The notes: a model not told the origin generated them from the sequence alone. A stretch of 16,418 nucleotides of DNA from Oligoflexia bacterium (GCA_043732305.1 JAYTHU010000046.1:1-16418); one strand, 5' to 3'. Shown: positions 1 to 7,697, counted from the first letter of the stretch. A program made the numbers and translations.

Positions 1-2
1 GC

Positions 3-578
3 ACACTATTTGAACACGGATTGTTTCGGGCCCATGACACCGAGATGACTGCGGCCATCATCCAAATTTACGGCATTCAAATGATTTTTGCAGCGGGCGT
101 ACGTGTGCTTGCTCCAACTTTTTACGCAATGAAAAACACTTGGCTTCCAGCTCTCTCTGCAGCGATTTCTTTAACCTTCCATGTGATCTTAGCAAATATT
201 TTAATTCATCCCTTGGGCGTGTTAGGTCTCTCAACAAGTTCTGTTTGTTCGAGTGCTCTCAACTTCGCCATTCTCGTTTACTCTTACAAATTCACCGGAG
301 AGAGATTGCGCTTTGTCGAGATCCTTCCGAACATCGGCAAACTTGTTTTGGGTTGTGTTGGACTTTATGCCGCAAGTTTAAGTTATAAATTTTTCCATAA
401 TCTTGCTGGCGATTCCCATATTGGCCGAATCATTTCTCTCACAGCAGTGATATCTCTTTGCGTGGTGGTCTATGGCGTGATTTGTTGGTTCTTAAAGGTG
501 CAAGAACTTCATGAATCATTGGGTGGACTAAAGCGAAAACTTAGTAAAGTTTTTGCTAAGAAAATTATCACGGCTTAG
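3..578 (+). CDS. murJ: Lipid II flippase MurJ (MviN), C-terminal part; 5' end truncated by the window edge
   Basis: The frame is open from position 3 (TLFEHGLFRAHDTEMTA...). It contains the MurJ-like segment 'VLAPTFYAMKNTWLPA' (FYA-x-x-[DN]T motif) followed by several transmembrane helices. Confidence 0.85.
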   Translation, partial: TLFEHGLFRAHDTEMTAAIIQIYGIQMIFAAGVRVLAPTFYAMKNTWLPALSAAISLTFHVILANILIHPLGVLGLSTSSVCSSALNFAILVYSYKFTGERLRFVEILPNIGKLVLGCVGLYAASLSYKFFHNLAGDSHIGRIISLTAVISLCVVVYGVICWFLKVQELHESLGGLKRKLSKVFAKKIITA

Positions 579-720
579 ATTCTTACCGAGTTCTTGCTTC
601 CGCTGCGGAACTTGTCCCATCACATCGTTTTCATCATCGGCTTGAGTTGCTACGTCTACGGGCCGGAAGCGATCTTGCGAAGGAGGGGGCAAGTTTTTGG
701 TGTCGTTAAGACCCTCTTTA

Positions 721-1197
721 TTAAGAGGGTTTTGCAGCTCGAGCAGCAGCAGCTGCCAAAGTTTGAGCTTTTTTCTTTTCAGCTTTTTGTTCTTCAGAAA
801 GTCCCCATGGAGATTCTTTGGCTCCGCGATTTTGATTGCCGCCGCCTTTACCGCCGCCACCTTTTCCACGAGCTTTAGGATCAAGCTTCACAGGAACTTG
901 TTTGGTGAGGACTTGGAATTCTGGGATGTAGGTGTGTTCTTCGACCTTCACTGCTTTTGCAGGAGAGGCTTCGCCTTCATTGAGGGTAACAACGTGAACC
1001 CGTTTAAGGTTCTCTTGATTAGCTGCGGCGACTTCAAGAGAGGCCATGAAGTGCTTGATTTTTTCTTCTTTGAGTTTCATTTTTTCGCCAATGGCGACGG
1101 CAACTTCTTCGATGGTTTTACCAGCGGCAAGAAATTCTTCTTTAAGTTTTTGACCTTGGATTAACGTGAAACTAAAAAATTCAGTAACTGATTTCAT
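721..1197 (-). CDS. Hypothetical protein with a Gly/Lys-rich low-complexity C-terminal tail
   Basis: 158-aa ORF with protein-like composition and a GAGG ribosome-binding site just upstream of the ATG. No family recognised. Confidence 0.75.
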   Translation of the reverse strand: MKSVTEFFSFTLIQGQKLKEEFLAAGKTIEEVAVAIGEKMKLKEEKIKHFMASLEVAAANQENLKRVHVVTLNEGEASPAKAVKVEEHTYIPEFQVLTKQVPVKLDPKARGKGGGGKGGGNQNRGAKESPWGLSEEQKAEKKKAQTLAAAAARAAKPS

Positions 1198-1257
1198 AAA
1201 TATTTCCTCTCAAAAATTGAATGCCATAATCTTTCTAAAGCGCCGATGCGTCAAGGT

Positions 1258-2346
1258 TTATCTTGCAAGTTCCAATGCTTCTTTGAAAAATCCCACGATC
1301 TCTGAAGTTTTCATGTCCACCGTTGCGTGTCCAACAGTCAACTCTGCCTTGCAAGTGTGTGGCTTATCCGTCGGGTTGAGTTTTCTAAACATAGCGATTT
1401 TCTTGTCGACCGCCATTTTTAGAAAAGCTTCTTCCATTCGGATCTGACTTTTCTCGAAAGTTAGCTCCATCATATTGGTGTGAGGGATCGCAGGCCGTAT
1501 TTTTATTTCTGGAAAACTAGAAAGTGCCACTGCAATTTCCAAAGCTTTTGCGTGATACATCGCCATTTTGGGAAGTTGACGTTTCAGTCCGTCTCGAGCT
1601 GAAATCACATACGGATAAAGGTGAACCAGGTTCCCGCCATGGCGCCTTTGCCAGATTTTAGCTTCTGTGATCAATTCTCTGCTACCAGCAAGTGCCGCTC
1701 CAGCAATGCCGCCGAGCCCTTTATAAAACGAGACGTAAACAGAATCAAAAAGACTGCTTATCTCTTCATAAGTTTTTTTATAATAGGGTGCACTTTCCCA
1801 AAGTCTTGCGCCATCCATGTGAAGTGAGATTCCATTCTTCTTGCATAAAAGGCTTATCGCCTGAAGTTCTGTCCACTCGGGCAGCGTCCCGCCGAGTTCA
1901 CGATGGGGAATTTCGATGATGGCTGCTGCAAAATCCAGTTTTGATTTGTTGAAATCCTCTGCGTTCAGAACTCGTTGAGATTCTCCAAGAAATTCCGCAG
2001 TCAAACCATGAAGTTCACGGTAAGAATGTTTTTCGTGAATCTCCAAGTGTGAAGTGGCGTGAAAAGCTATTTTCTTGTTTTGCTTTTTATCACAGTAAAT
2101 CCTAATGGCTATGACTTGCGCCATGGTTCCACTTGGCATAAATACCGCAGCGTCTTTGCCTAGAAGTGCAGCTACTTCTTTCTCAAAACTTTCTATCAAT
2201 AGACCTTCACCATAATTATCTGGCACTTCCGCTTTCTTGGCAGTCTGAGCAAGGCGAGCCAATTCTTCCGCAGGTCGAGCAGGGTAATCGCCGTTTAAAA
2301 ATCGATGGCATTTGTGAAAAATGGCGCGAGATTCTTCGTTTGTCAT
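1258..2346 (-). CDS. ltaE: Low-specificity L-threonine aldolase (PLP-dependent, beta-eliminating lyase family)
   Basis: Motifs FMPSGTMAQ, LHMDGARLWE and SFYKGLGG (PLP lysine); 362 aa is typical for the family. Confidence 0.85.
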   Translation of the reverse strand: MTNEESRAIFHKCHRFLNGDYPARPAEELARLAQTAKKAEVPDNYGEGLLIESFEKEVAALLGKDAAVFMPSGTMAQVIAIRIYCDKKQNKKIAFHATSHLEIHEKHSYRELHGLTAEFLGESQRVLNAEDFNKSKLDFAAAIIEIPHRELGGTLPEWTELQAISLLCKKNGISLHMDGARLWESAPYYKKTYEEISSLFDSVYVSFYKGLGGIAGAALAGSRELITEAKIWQRRHGGNLVHLYPYVISARDGLKRQLPKMAMYHAKALEIAVALSSFPEIKIRPAIPHTNMMELTFEKSQIRMEEAFLKMAVDKKIAMFRKLNPTDKPHTCKAELTVGHATVDMKTSEIVGFFKEALELAR

Positions 2347-2405
2347 ATCGAAAAACTATCTGCTTATAGCAGAAATTAAAATATTAAAATGGATCGGTTT
2401 TAGGC

Positions 2406-2581
2406 AAAAAAAAACTCCGAAGAACAAATGTGATTTACATCGGCTAACAATAACAAGCTAGGGCGGGGATGGGGGGAGGGGGTTGCCTTCGCTTGCTATT
2501 ATTCGCCGGTGTAATTCGACAATTCGTTCCCGGAGCCTTTAGGGGGGATCAGGGGGAACTGATCGAATCTTGCGATTCTGA
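2406..2581 (-). ncRNA. Candidate sigma54-dependent small RNA with three stem-loops, C-rich loops and a U9 tail
   Basis: Read on the minus strand. SL1: GAAUC-GCAA-GAUUC (2578-2565). SL2: GAUCAG-UUCCCC-CUGAUC (2564-2547). SL3: long interrupted hairpin 2535-2415 with loop AACCCCCUCCCCCCAUCCCC. A U9 run follows (2414-2406). A -24/-12 promoter places +1 at about 2581. Confidence 0.7.
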
Positions 2582-2591
2582 TTGTCTCTAT

Positions 2592-2608
2592 AGCAAGTGG
2601 TGTGCCAG
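2592..2608 (-). promoter_or_regulatory. Sigma54 (-24/-12) promoter
   Basis: Minus strand reads CTGGCAC-ACCAC-TTGCT, matching TGGCAC-N5-TTGCW with exact GG/GC spacing. Confidence 0.8.
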
Positions 2609-2680
2609 ACCTTTGGCCCGCCAGGAATTAACTGTATTTGAACTGAAGCTTAATAAACGATTAAAAAGTCGGAAATTCAT

Positions 2681-2714
2681 GGTTCCAATCTGGTGCTGGT
2701 TCCAAGTCAGAACA
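2681..2714. promoter_or_regulatory. Tandem putative enhancer-binding-protein sites (UAS)
   Basis: Two adjacent 17-bp imperfect palindromes, GGTTCCAATCTGGTGCT and GGTTCCAAGTCAGAACA, about 100-133 bp upstream of the predicted sigma54 start site. Confidence 0.45.
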
Positions 2715-2730
2715 CCTAATTGGAGACCTA

Positions 2731-3081
2731 TTAGTAAATCCAGGCTGGTAGCTGCTCACATTTGAACCCGAGTGCTTTTTCAGACTCATCTCCGGGCCCT
2801 TTCAAAACGATGCAAGATACATCAAGGTCAGTTGTGTCATGACTAAAATATTCCAAACTCAAAAACCAACTGTGGTCAGCGTAAATATAAAGTCTGCGGC
2901 CATTTTCTGGTGAGTCTTTAATTTCCATAGAGACCTGGGTTTGAGATTTCTCACCGATTCGATTATGAATGGTCGAATAGACATTTTCAGAATATCCACA
3001 GCCTATCTCAATCTTGTCTACGGATAGAGCAAAAGCAGAACCGCTCATTATTGAAATAAGCAGAAACAAAAAAGTCCTCAC
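2731..3081 (-). CDS. Small secreted hypothetical protein
   Basis: GTG start preceded by a GGGGGG RBS-like run; Sec signal peptide (MRTFLFLLISIMSGSAFA); 116 aa. Confidence 0.65.
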   Translation of the reverse strand: MRTFLFLLISIMSGSAFALSVDKIEIGCGYSENVYSTIHNRIGEKSQTQVSMEIKDSPENGRRLYIYADHSWFLSLEYFSHDTTDLDVSCIVLKGPGDESEKALGFKCEQLPAWIY

Positions 3082-3143
3082 GATTAAACCCCCCGGTTTG
3101 ATTTGACTGTGCGTCTCAGACAGTGCGCATTAGGCTGCGCGCT

Positions 3144-3893
3144 TTAATCTTTACGTTTTAACAAAAGGTAGGCGGCGACGGCAAATAGAATTACGCCGAG
3201 ACCGATAAAGATCGTGTTTGAGGACGATCCTTCATTCTCAGACGGGAGTGCATTTTCCGTGTCTGTTGGGGGAGGGAGTGTGGGGTTCACGTTCTTGCCA
3301 ATAGATTCGCCGGAAGCGCGAAGGGGCGCGAGATCTCTGGGCGACAGGAGATCTTTGCTCGCAACTACGCGCAGACTCTCGACAGCTTTAAAATAATCAT
3401 TGCTGTATTTTGTGAAATATTTCTGATGCGCGCTGAGAGTCACTAAAATGGCTAGCTTGTCTTTGATCGTCGCTAAATAGCGAGTGTAGTAACCTGGGAT
3501 TTCGCTGCTCAGGTGAAGAGCATCAACCCAATTGACGTCGTTGATTTTTCTTTGTCGTACACTCTTGATAATGCTCTTGGAAGCTTTCCCAGCTTGTCCC
3601 AAAATTTGTTTTGGAGCTTTCAAATAAGTCTCGTAAGCCTGAAAGCTGTCTTGTGGCCCAGCTTCTTTTGCGGTGAGAATGATAATGCTTTCTTTGGAAT
3701 CAATATTGTTCTTGCTCGAACAAACCCATTCCGTTCCTTCCATTTGACAATCCCAATTGGCAGGAAGTTCAAATTGAACATAAGCATTTCTAAAAAGTTT
3801 AGCCAAAGCTTGTTGTGGAGTGGCAAAAAGAAATGCACCCCATAAAGTTATTAAGACGAGATAAAGTTGTGGAAACTTCGATGTAATTCTCAC
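3144..3893 (-). CDS. Exported protein with a C-terminal membrane anchor (hypothetical)
   Basis: Signal peptide ending ALA, a Cys pair (NWDC...WVC), a Pro/Ser-rich linker, then a hydrophobic helix followed by KRKD at the C-terminus. Confidence 0.8.
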   Translation of the reverse strand: MRITSKFPQLYLVLITLWGAFLFATPQQALAKLFRNAYVQFELPANWDCQMEGTEWVCSSKNNIDSKESIIILTAKEAGPQDSFQAYETYLKAPKQILGQAGKASKSIIKSVRQRKINDVNWVDALHLSSEIPGYYTRYLATIKDKLAILVTLSAHQKYFTKYSNDYFKAVESLRVVASKDLLSPRDLAPLRASGESIGKNVNPTLPPPTDTENALPSENEGSSSNTIFIGLGVILFAVAAYLLLKRKD

Positions 3894-3935
3894 TTATTGA
3901 AATTGTACCAGGCATGGCGCTCAGGCACAAGAATA

Positions 3936-4775
3936 TCAGAAATTGTCGTCAGTGTTGATGCCCATGCGACTAGCTATAAGTTTGGTTATTTCAGAAGCCG
4001 TCTCCTCGAGCGCTTTTTCCGTGACGTCAAACACAGGCCAACGCTTGTTTTTAGAGAAAATCTCATTTGAATATTCGATCTCTCGGGCGATGTATTCAAA
4101 ACTTGCGTAATCACTACTTAGGTCTTGCCCAAGTTTTTCCAGACGATTTTTTCGGATGCGTCTCAGTTTTTCAAGGTCGATAGTGAGCGCCACAATTTTC
4201 TTCTGATCGATCTTAAAAAGCTCGGGGGGAAGTGGGATACCAAGCACGATGGGAATGTTCGAAACTTTCCAGCCCTTGTGACTGAGAAAAACAGAGAGTG
4301 GTGTTTTGCTAGTCCGAGAAATTCCCGTGAGTACGATGTCTGATTCTCCCAATGAATCGACTACTTTCCCGTCGTCGTGCTTAACAGTGAATTCAATGGC
4401 CGCAATGCGTTTGAAATATTTTTCATTCGTTTGACGAAGAATACCGGGAGTAAAATCAGTTTCTTTTACAAAGTAGGCGCTCATCATTTCGAGTAACGGT
4501 CCAAAAAGATCTTTGTAGGGAACGCTAAGTGCTTGGCACATGGCTTCGATTTTTAATCGTAAATTGGGGCTCACGATAGTGAAGACTACGGCCCCTTTGC
4601 GAGCTTGCACCTCTTCAATAATACTTTCGATTTGCTCTTCGCTCTTGATGTTTTTGCATCTGACGATACTCACGTCGCGATCTTGATAGTGCACTAATGC
4701 CGCTTTAACAATAGTCGATGCGGTCTCTCCAGTACTGTCGCTTAGAATGAATATTGTGCCCCCGAGTTTTGACAT
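3936..4775 (-). CDS. ppsR: PEP synthetase / pyruvate,phosphate dikinase regulatory protein (kinase-pyrophosphorylase, DUF299)
   Basis: Motifs ILSDSTGETA, YFKRIAAIEFTVKHDDG, GISRTSKTPLS and DVTEKALEETA. Confidence 0.93.
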   Translation of the reverse strand: MSKLGGTIFILSDSTGETASTIVKAALVHYQDRDVSIVRCKNIKSEEQIESIIEEVQARKGAVVFTIVSPNLRLKIEAMCQALSVPYKDLFGPLLEMMSAYFVKETDFTPGILRQTNEKYFKRIAAIEFTVKHDDGKVVDSLGESDIVLTGISRTSKTPLSVFLSHKGWKVSNIPIVLGIPLPPELFKIDQKKIVALTIDLEKLRRIRKNRLEKLGQDLSSDYASFEYIAREIEYSNEIFSKNKRWPVFDVTEKALEETASEITKLIASRMGINTDDNF

Positions 4776-5221
4776 CAGCCTACCGTCACGTTTTTGAATC
4801 TACTTTTTAGTTTTGGCTTGAGATCTTCGAGTAAACTCTTTGGACAGTCTTCGGATAAAGCAATCCATATGGATTCGCTGTTGCTCGCTTCTTCGCTCAA
4901 GTCTTTGATCGTGTCGCGGATGAGGTCACAAATTTCTCCGGCGTCCATTTTAATGGAAGTGCTTCGGGATTTTCCGAGCCCTACAGAAATGATTCGTGAT
5001 GCAGGAAGAAGTGGTGAAACACAAAATAATGTCTTTTCACCCATGGCGAGCGTTAATTTTTCTTTTTTAAAAGATTTCGTCAACAATTGGCCGTTGAACC
5101 AGTCGATTGTTTCTATCAAGGGAGAAAATTTTAAGTCTTTGGGTTCGGGCGTAACCAAAATCCATGTTTGGTTTTTGTGCGAAAGCATTTCGGTTTTAAA
5201 ATCTATTGCGATTTGATCCAT
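4775..5221 (-). CDS. Stand-alone protein resembling the N-terminal domain of M17 leucyl aminopeptidases
   Basis: Segments IDW..GQLL, GEKTLF and LPASRIISVGLG resemble the M17 N-domain; no catalytic domain is present. Its stop codon overlaps the ppsR start (TGATG). Confidence 0.55.
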   Translation of the reverse strand: MDQIAIDFKTEMLSHKNQTWILVTPEPKDLKFSPLIETIDWFNGQLLTKSFKKEKLTLAMGEKTLFCVSPLLPASRIISVGLGKSRSTSIKMDAGEICDLIRDTIKDLSEEASNSESIWIALSEDCPKSLLEDLKPKLKSRFKNVTVG

Positions 5222-5227
5222 CAGCCT

Positions 5228-5656
5228 TTAACGCTGCCGGCTTTTGAGAATGTTGTCAAGAACTCCATTCACGAAGCTAGAGGTGTCTGCGCTGCCGAAG
5301 CGTTTAGCAATTTCAATGGCCTCATTGATGCTGACTTCCGCAGGGATTTCGTTTGGAGCATGAATAAGTTCGAAGGCGGAAATGCGTAGAATGTTTTTAT
5401 CTACCAATGCCATGCGACTTAATTTCCAATTTTGACAATAGGTCTGGATAACTTGATCTAAATCGGTCTTATTAAGTGTGACTCCGTTAACCAAAAATTC
5501 GGCAAATTCTTTAACGCGATCTTCCACGTCGAAATTTTCCACGAAAAGATGGAAGGCTGATTCAATCGGAGCTTGGGGATTAAACTCACGTTGAAACAAA
5601 ACTTGAAGTGCAATTTCTCTGGATCTGCGGCGAAAACTCATTACCTTATTTAACAT
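5228..5656 (-). CDS. nusB: Transcription antitermination factor NusB
   Basis: RRRSREIALQVLF; NWKLSRMALVDKNILR; VSINEAIEIAKRFG; FVNGVLD. Confidence 0.96.
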   Translation of the reverse strand: MLNKVMSFRRRSREIALQVLFQREFNPQAPIESAFHLFVENFDVEDRVKEFAEFLVNGVTLNKTDLDQVIQTYCQNWKLSRMALVDKNILRISAFELIHAPNEIPAEVSINEAIEIAKRFGSADTSSFVNGVLDNILKSRQR

Positions 5657-5755
5657 CTCGTTTGGTGGTTGTCATTTTTAAAACCACATGAGAAGTTTAG
5701 ATTCGTTAATCGTGAGAGAAACGTTGGCTATCACTCGGGGAAGCGGATTAGATAC

Positions 5756-6484
5756 ATGAAAAAAATAACTACAATTTACATGACTGCATTGATCTTGGTC
5801 TCGATTTGTGGCGGGATTTTTTCTTCCCCGGCGATTGCGCGCACTCAAGTGAGCGACGAAAATCAACCAGAAAATCAACCAGAAGATCAACCAGAAGTTC
5901 AAACCCTAAGATCACCATCGTCCGAGAACGAAGCGAGAAAATTTTTTCGAAAACCTGCCTCTGATTCCGCATCTACTCACAACTCCTCCTCAAGCAACTC
6001 TGGCTCGGGAGAACACTACCTTGCGATCCATGTTGGATCATTCATAGGATCTGACACTTATCAGTGGGGACAGACCCCTCATTTGAGCAATGCCGGTAGA
6101 CTTAATTTGGGTCTCACTTACCGCCTCAGCAGCATGGGTAGTTTTGCAGACACGGCCATTCGAGTAGACTTTATGGGCTTTGGACTACCAGAGGGCAATC
6201 CTGTTCAAGTCGCCATCCTGCCAATGATATTGTTTCCCGAAGCCGGAAGTAAATTTCCGCTGTACTTTGGAGTAGGTGCGGGTCCCGGGTTTTTCTTAAA
6301 TCAGATCTCTCAAGAAAGCTTTTTATCGATCAATTACGAATTAGTTGCCGGTGCAAGGTTTTTTAATGTTATTGATACAACTGGATTTTTTATTGAAGGC
6401 GGCCTGAAAGACGGCTTCCTTTTACTTACTGACGGTCAGTATATTGGATATTTTTTATCTGTAGGAGTAGTTTTTGCCTTCTGA
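5756..6484 (+). CDS. Outer-membrane beta-barrel protein with an N-terminal low-complexity linker
   Basis: Probable start is ATG 5756 (MKKITT... signal peptide) rather than 5669. Alternating amphipathic strands (LYFGVGAGPG, FFIEGG) and a C-terminal aromatic beta-signal (VGVVFAF). Confidence 0.7.
   Translation: MKKITTIYMTALILVSICGGIFSSPAIARTQVSDENQPENQPEDQPEVQTLRSPSSENEARKFFRKPASDSASTHNSSSSNSGSGEHYLAIHVGSFIGSDTYQWGQTPHLSNAGRLNLGLTYRLSSMGSFADTAIRVDFMGFGLPEGNPVQVAILPMILFPEAGSKFPLYFGVGAGPGFFLNQISQESFLSINYELVAGARFFNVIDTTGFFIEGGLKDGFLLLTDGQYIGYFLSVGVVFAF
5858..5896 (+). repeat. In-frame 12-bp tandem repeat x3 (ENQP-ENQP-EDQP)
   Basis: GAAAATCAACCA GAAAATCAACCA GAAGATCAACCA GAA. Confidence 0.85.
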
Positions 6485-7697
6485 TTCGCCTCGTTTTTAT
6501 CCCGTCCTCGTCAACGCCCTTGTGAATTGCCTCAAAGATATTTTTCAAGAAGGTTTTTACGCTGACAAAGTCATTTCCTATAGCTTTAAAAATAACAAAA
6601 AGTGGGGAAAGCGCGATAGACAGTTTCTAGCCGAAACAATTTACGACATGACTCGCTCATGGCGCTGGCTCAGTGTTTTAGATAAACAAGAGTGGATTCC
6701 TGCAAATTATTTTCTCCGATGGGCTACCTATGAAAAATGGAGAAATGGCGTTGATGTTTTGCCGTTTCTTCAAGAAGCATTTTCTGACAAAGCTCCGTAC
6801 AGTTTACCCACTCAAGATGAACTTCAAAAACATCCAGGAACTCTTGCAGAAAAGCAGTCTCACACCGATTGGTTTGCAGACAAAGTGACCGCTCAATATG
6901 GTGAAAAGGTAGCCGGTGATATTCTTGCAGCTTTGAACAATACCGCTTCCGTTTATTTACGCGCCAACACTCTTAAGACATCTGTCGGTGATTTGCAAAA
7001 TCGACTCACTAAAGAAGAACTGAATACTGAACTCATGCAGCCTTATGCATTTAAACTCACGGTGCGAAAAAACGTTTTTGCGACTCAAAGTTTCAAAGAA
7101 GGTTTTTATGAAGTTCAAGATTTTGCTTCTCAAAAAGTAGCTCCTCTCCTTGATCCTAAAGCTGGAGAGCGCGTGGCGGACGTTTGCGCGGGTGCCGGTG
7201 GAAAAACTTTGCATTTGGCAATGCTCATGCAAAATAAAGGAACACTCCTTGCTGGGGATATTATTGAGAAAAAGATTGAAGAATTGAAAGTTCGCGCTCG
7301 AAGAGCGGGAGTTTCTAATCTTCAGTCAGTTGTTTTCGAAGGAACAAAAGATCTTAAAAAGCATCACGGAAAATTTGATGCCGTCTTGATAGACGCTCCT
7401 TGTACCGGGTCTGGTGTTATTCGTAGAAAGCCAGACACAAAATGGAAACTCAAAGAGACTGATCTTGTGGAACTCATGGGCCTTCAAGAAAATATCTTGC
7501 AGACATACAGCAAATTTGTGAAGCCCGGTGGACGAATGGTTTATGCCACTTGCTCCATTTTCAATGATGAAAACCAGGGCCAAATAGATAAGTTCTTGAG
7601 CACCCATCCTGACTTCAAGCAAGTTTCCCAATTCACCACACGTCCTGATCTTGGTGATGAAGATGGATTTTTTGCGACATTACTCCAGAAAACTTAA
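6474..7697 (+). CDS. RsmB/NOP-family RNA cytosine-C5 methyltransferase
   Basis: TTG start after an AGGAG RBS; motifs YEVQD, DVCAGAGGKT, DAPCTGSG and YATCSI, with both catalytic cysteines present. Confidence 0.92.
   Translation: MPSDSPRFYPVLVNALVNCLKDIFQEGFYADKVISYSFKNNKKWGKRDRQFLAETIYDMTRSWRWLSVLDKQEWIPANYFLRWATYEKWRNGVDVLPFLQEAFSDKAPYSLPTQDELQKHPGTLAEKQSHTDWFADKVTAQYGEKVAGDILAALNNTASVYLRANTLKTSVGDLQNRLTKEELNTELMQPYAFKLTVRKNVFATQSFKEGFYEVQDFASQKVAPLLDPKAGERVADVCAGAGGKTLHLAMLMQNKGTLLAGDIIEKKIEELKVRARRAGVSNLQSVVFEGTKDLKKHHGKFDAVLIDAPCTGSGVIRRKPDTKWKLKETDLVELMGLQENILQTYSKFVKPGGRMVYATCSIFNDENQGQIDKFLSTHPDFKQVSQFTTRPDLGDEDGFFATLLQKT

Noticed and set aside
528..1164. ORFs 528..884(-), 594..878(+) and 697..1164(+)
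   Set aside because: They overlap murJ or the 158-aa gene in other frames or strands and have shadow-like composition. The AAGGAGG before 697 is better explained as part of a hairpin.
2461..2482. Potential DNA G-quadruplex (GGG-C-GGGG-AT-GGGGGG-A-GGGGG)
   Set aside because: The motif is present, but it is more simply explained as the template of the C-rich loop at the apex of the long hairpin.
2406..2581. Identification of the element as 6S RNA, SRP RNA, T-box, glycine riboswitch or c-di-GMP riboswitch
   Set aside because: There is no large central bubble with 5'/3' end pairing (6S), no SRP domain IV GGAA-loop motif, no T-box UGGNACC bulge, and no recognisable aptamer consensus by eye. An Rfam search is still needed.
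2469..2765. 98-aa plus-strand ORF (MGGGGC...)
   Set aside because: It runs antisense across the structured RNA and its promoter, has no recognisable protein features, and its start lies in the G-run complementary to the RNA loop.
4794..5216. 140-aa plus-strand ORF
   Set aside because: Antisense shadow of the 148-aa gene, which is tightly coupled within the nusB-ppsR operon.
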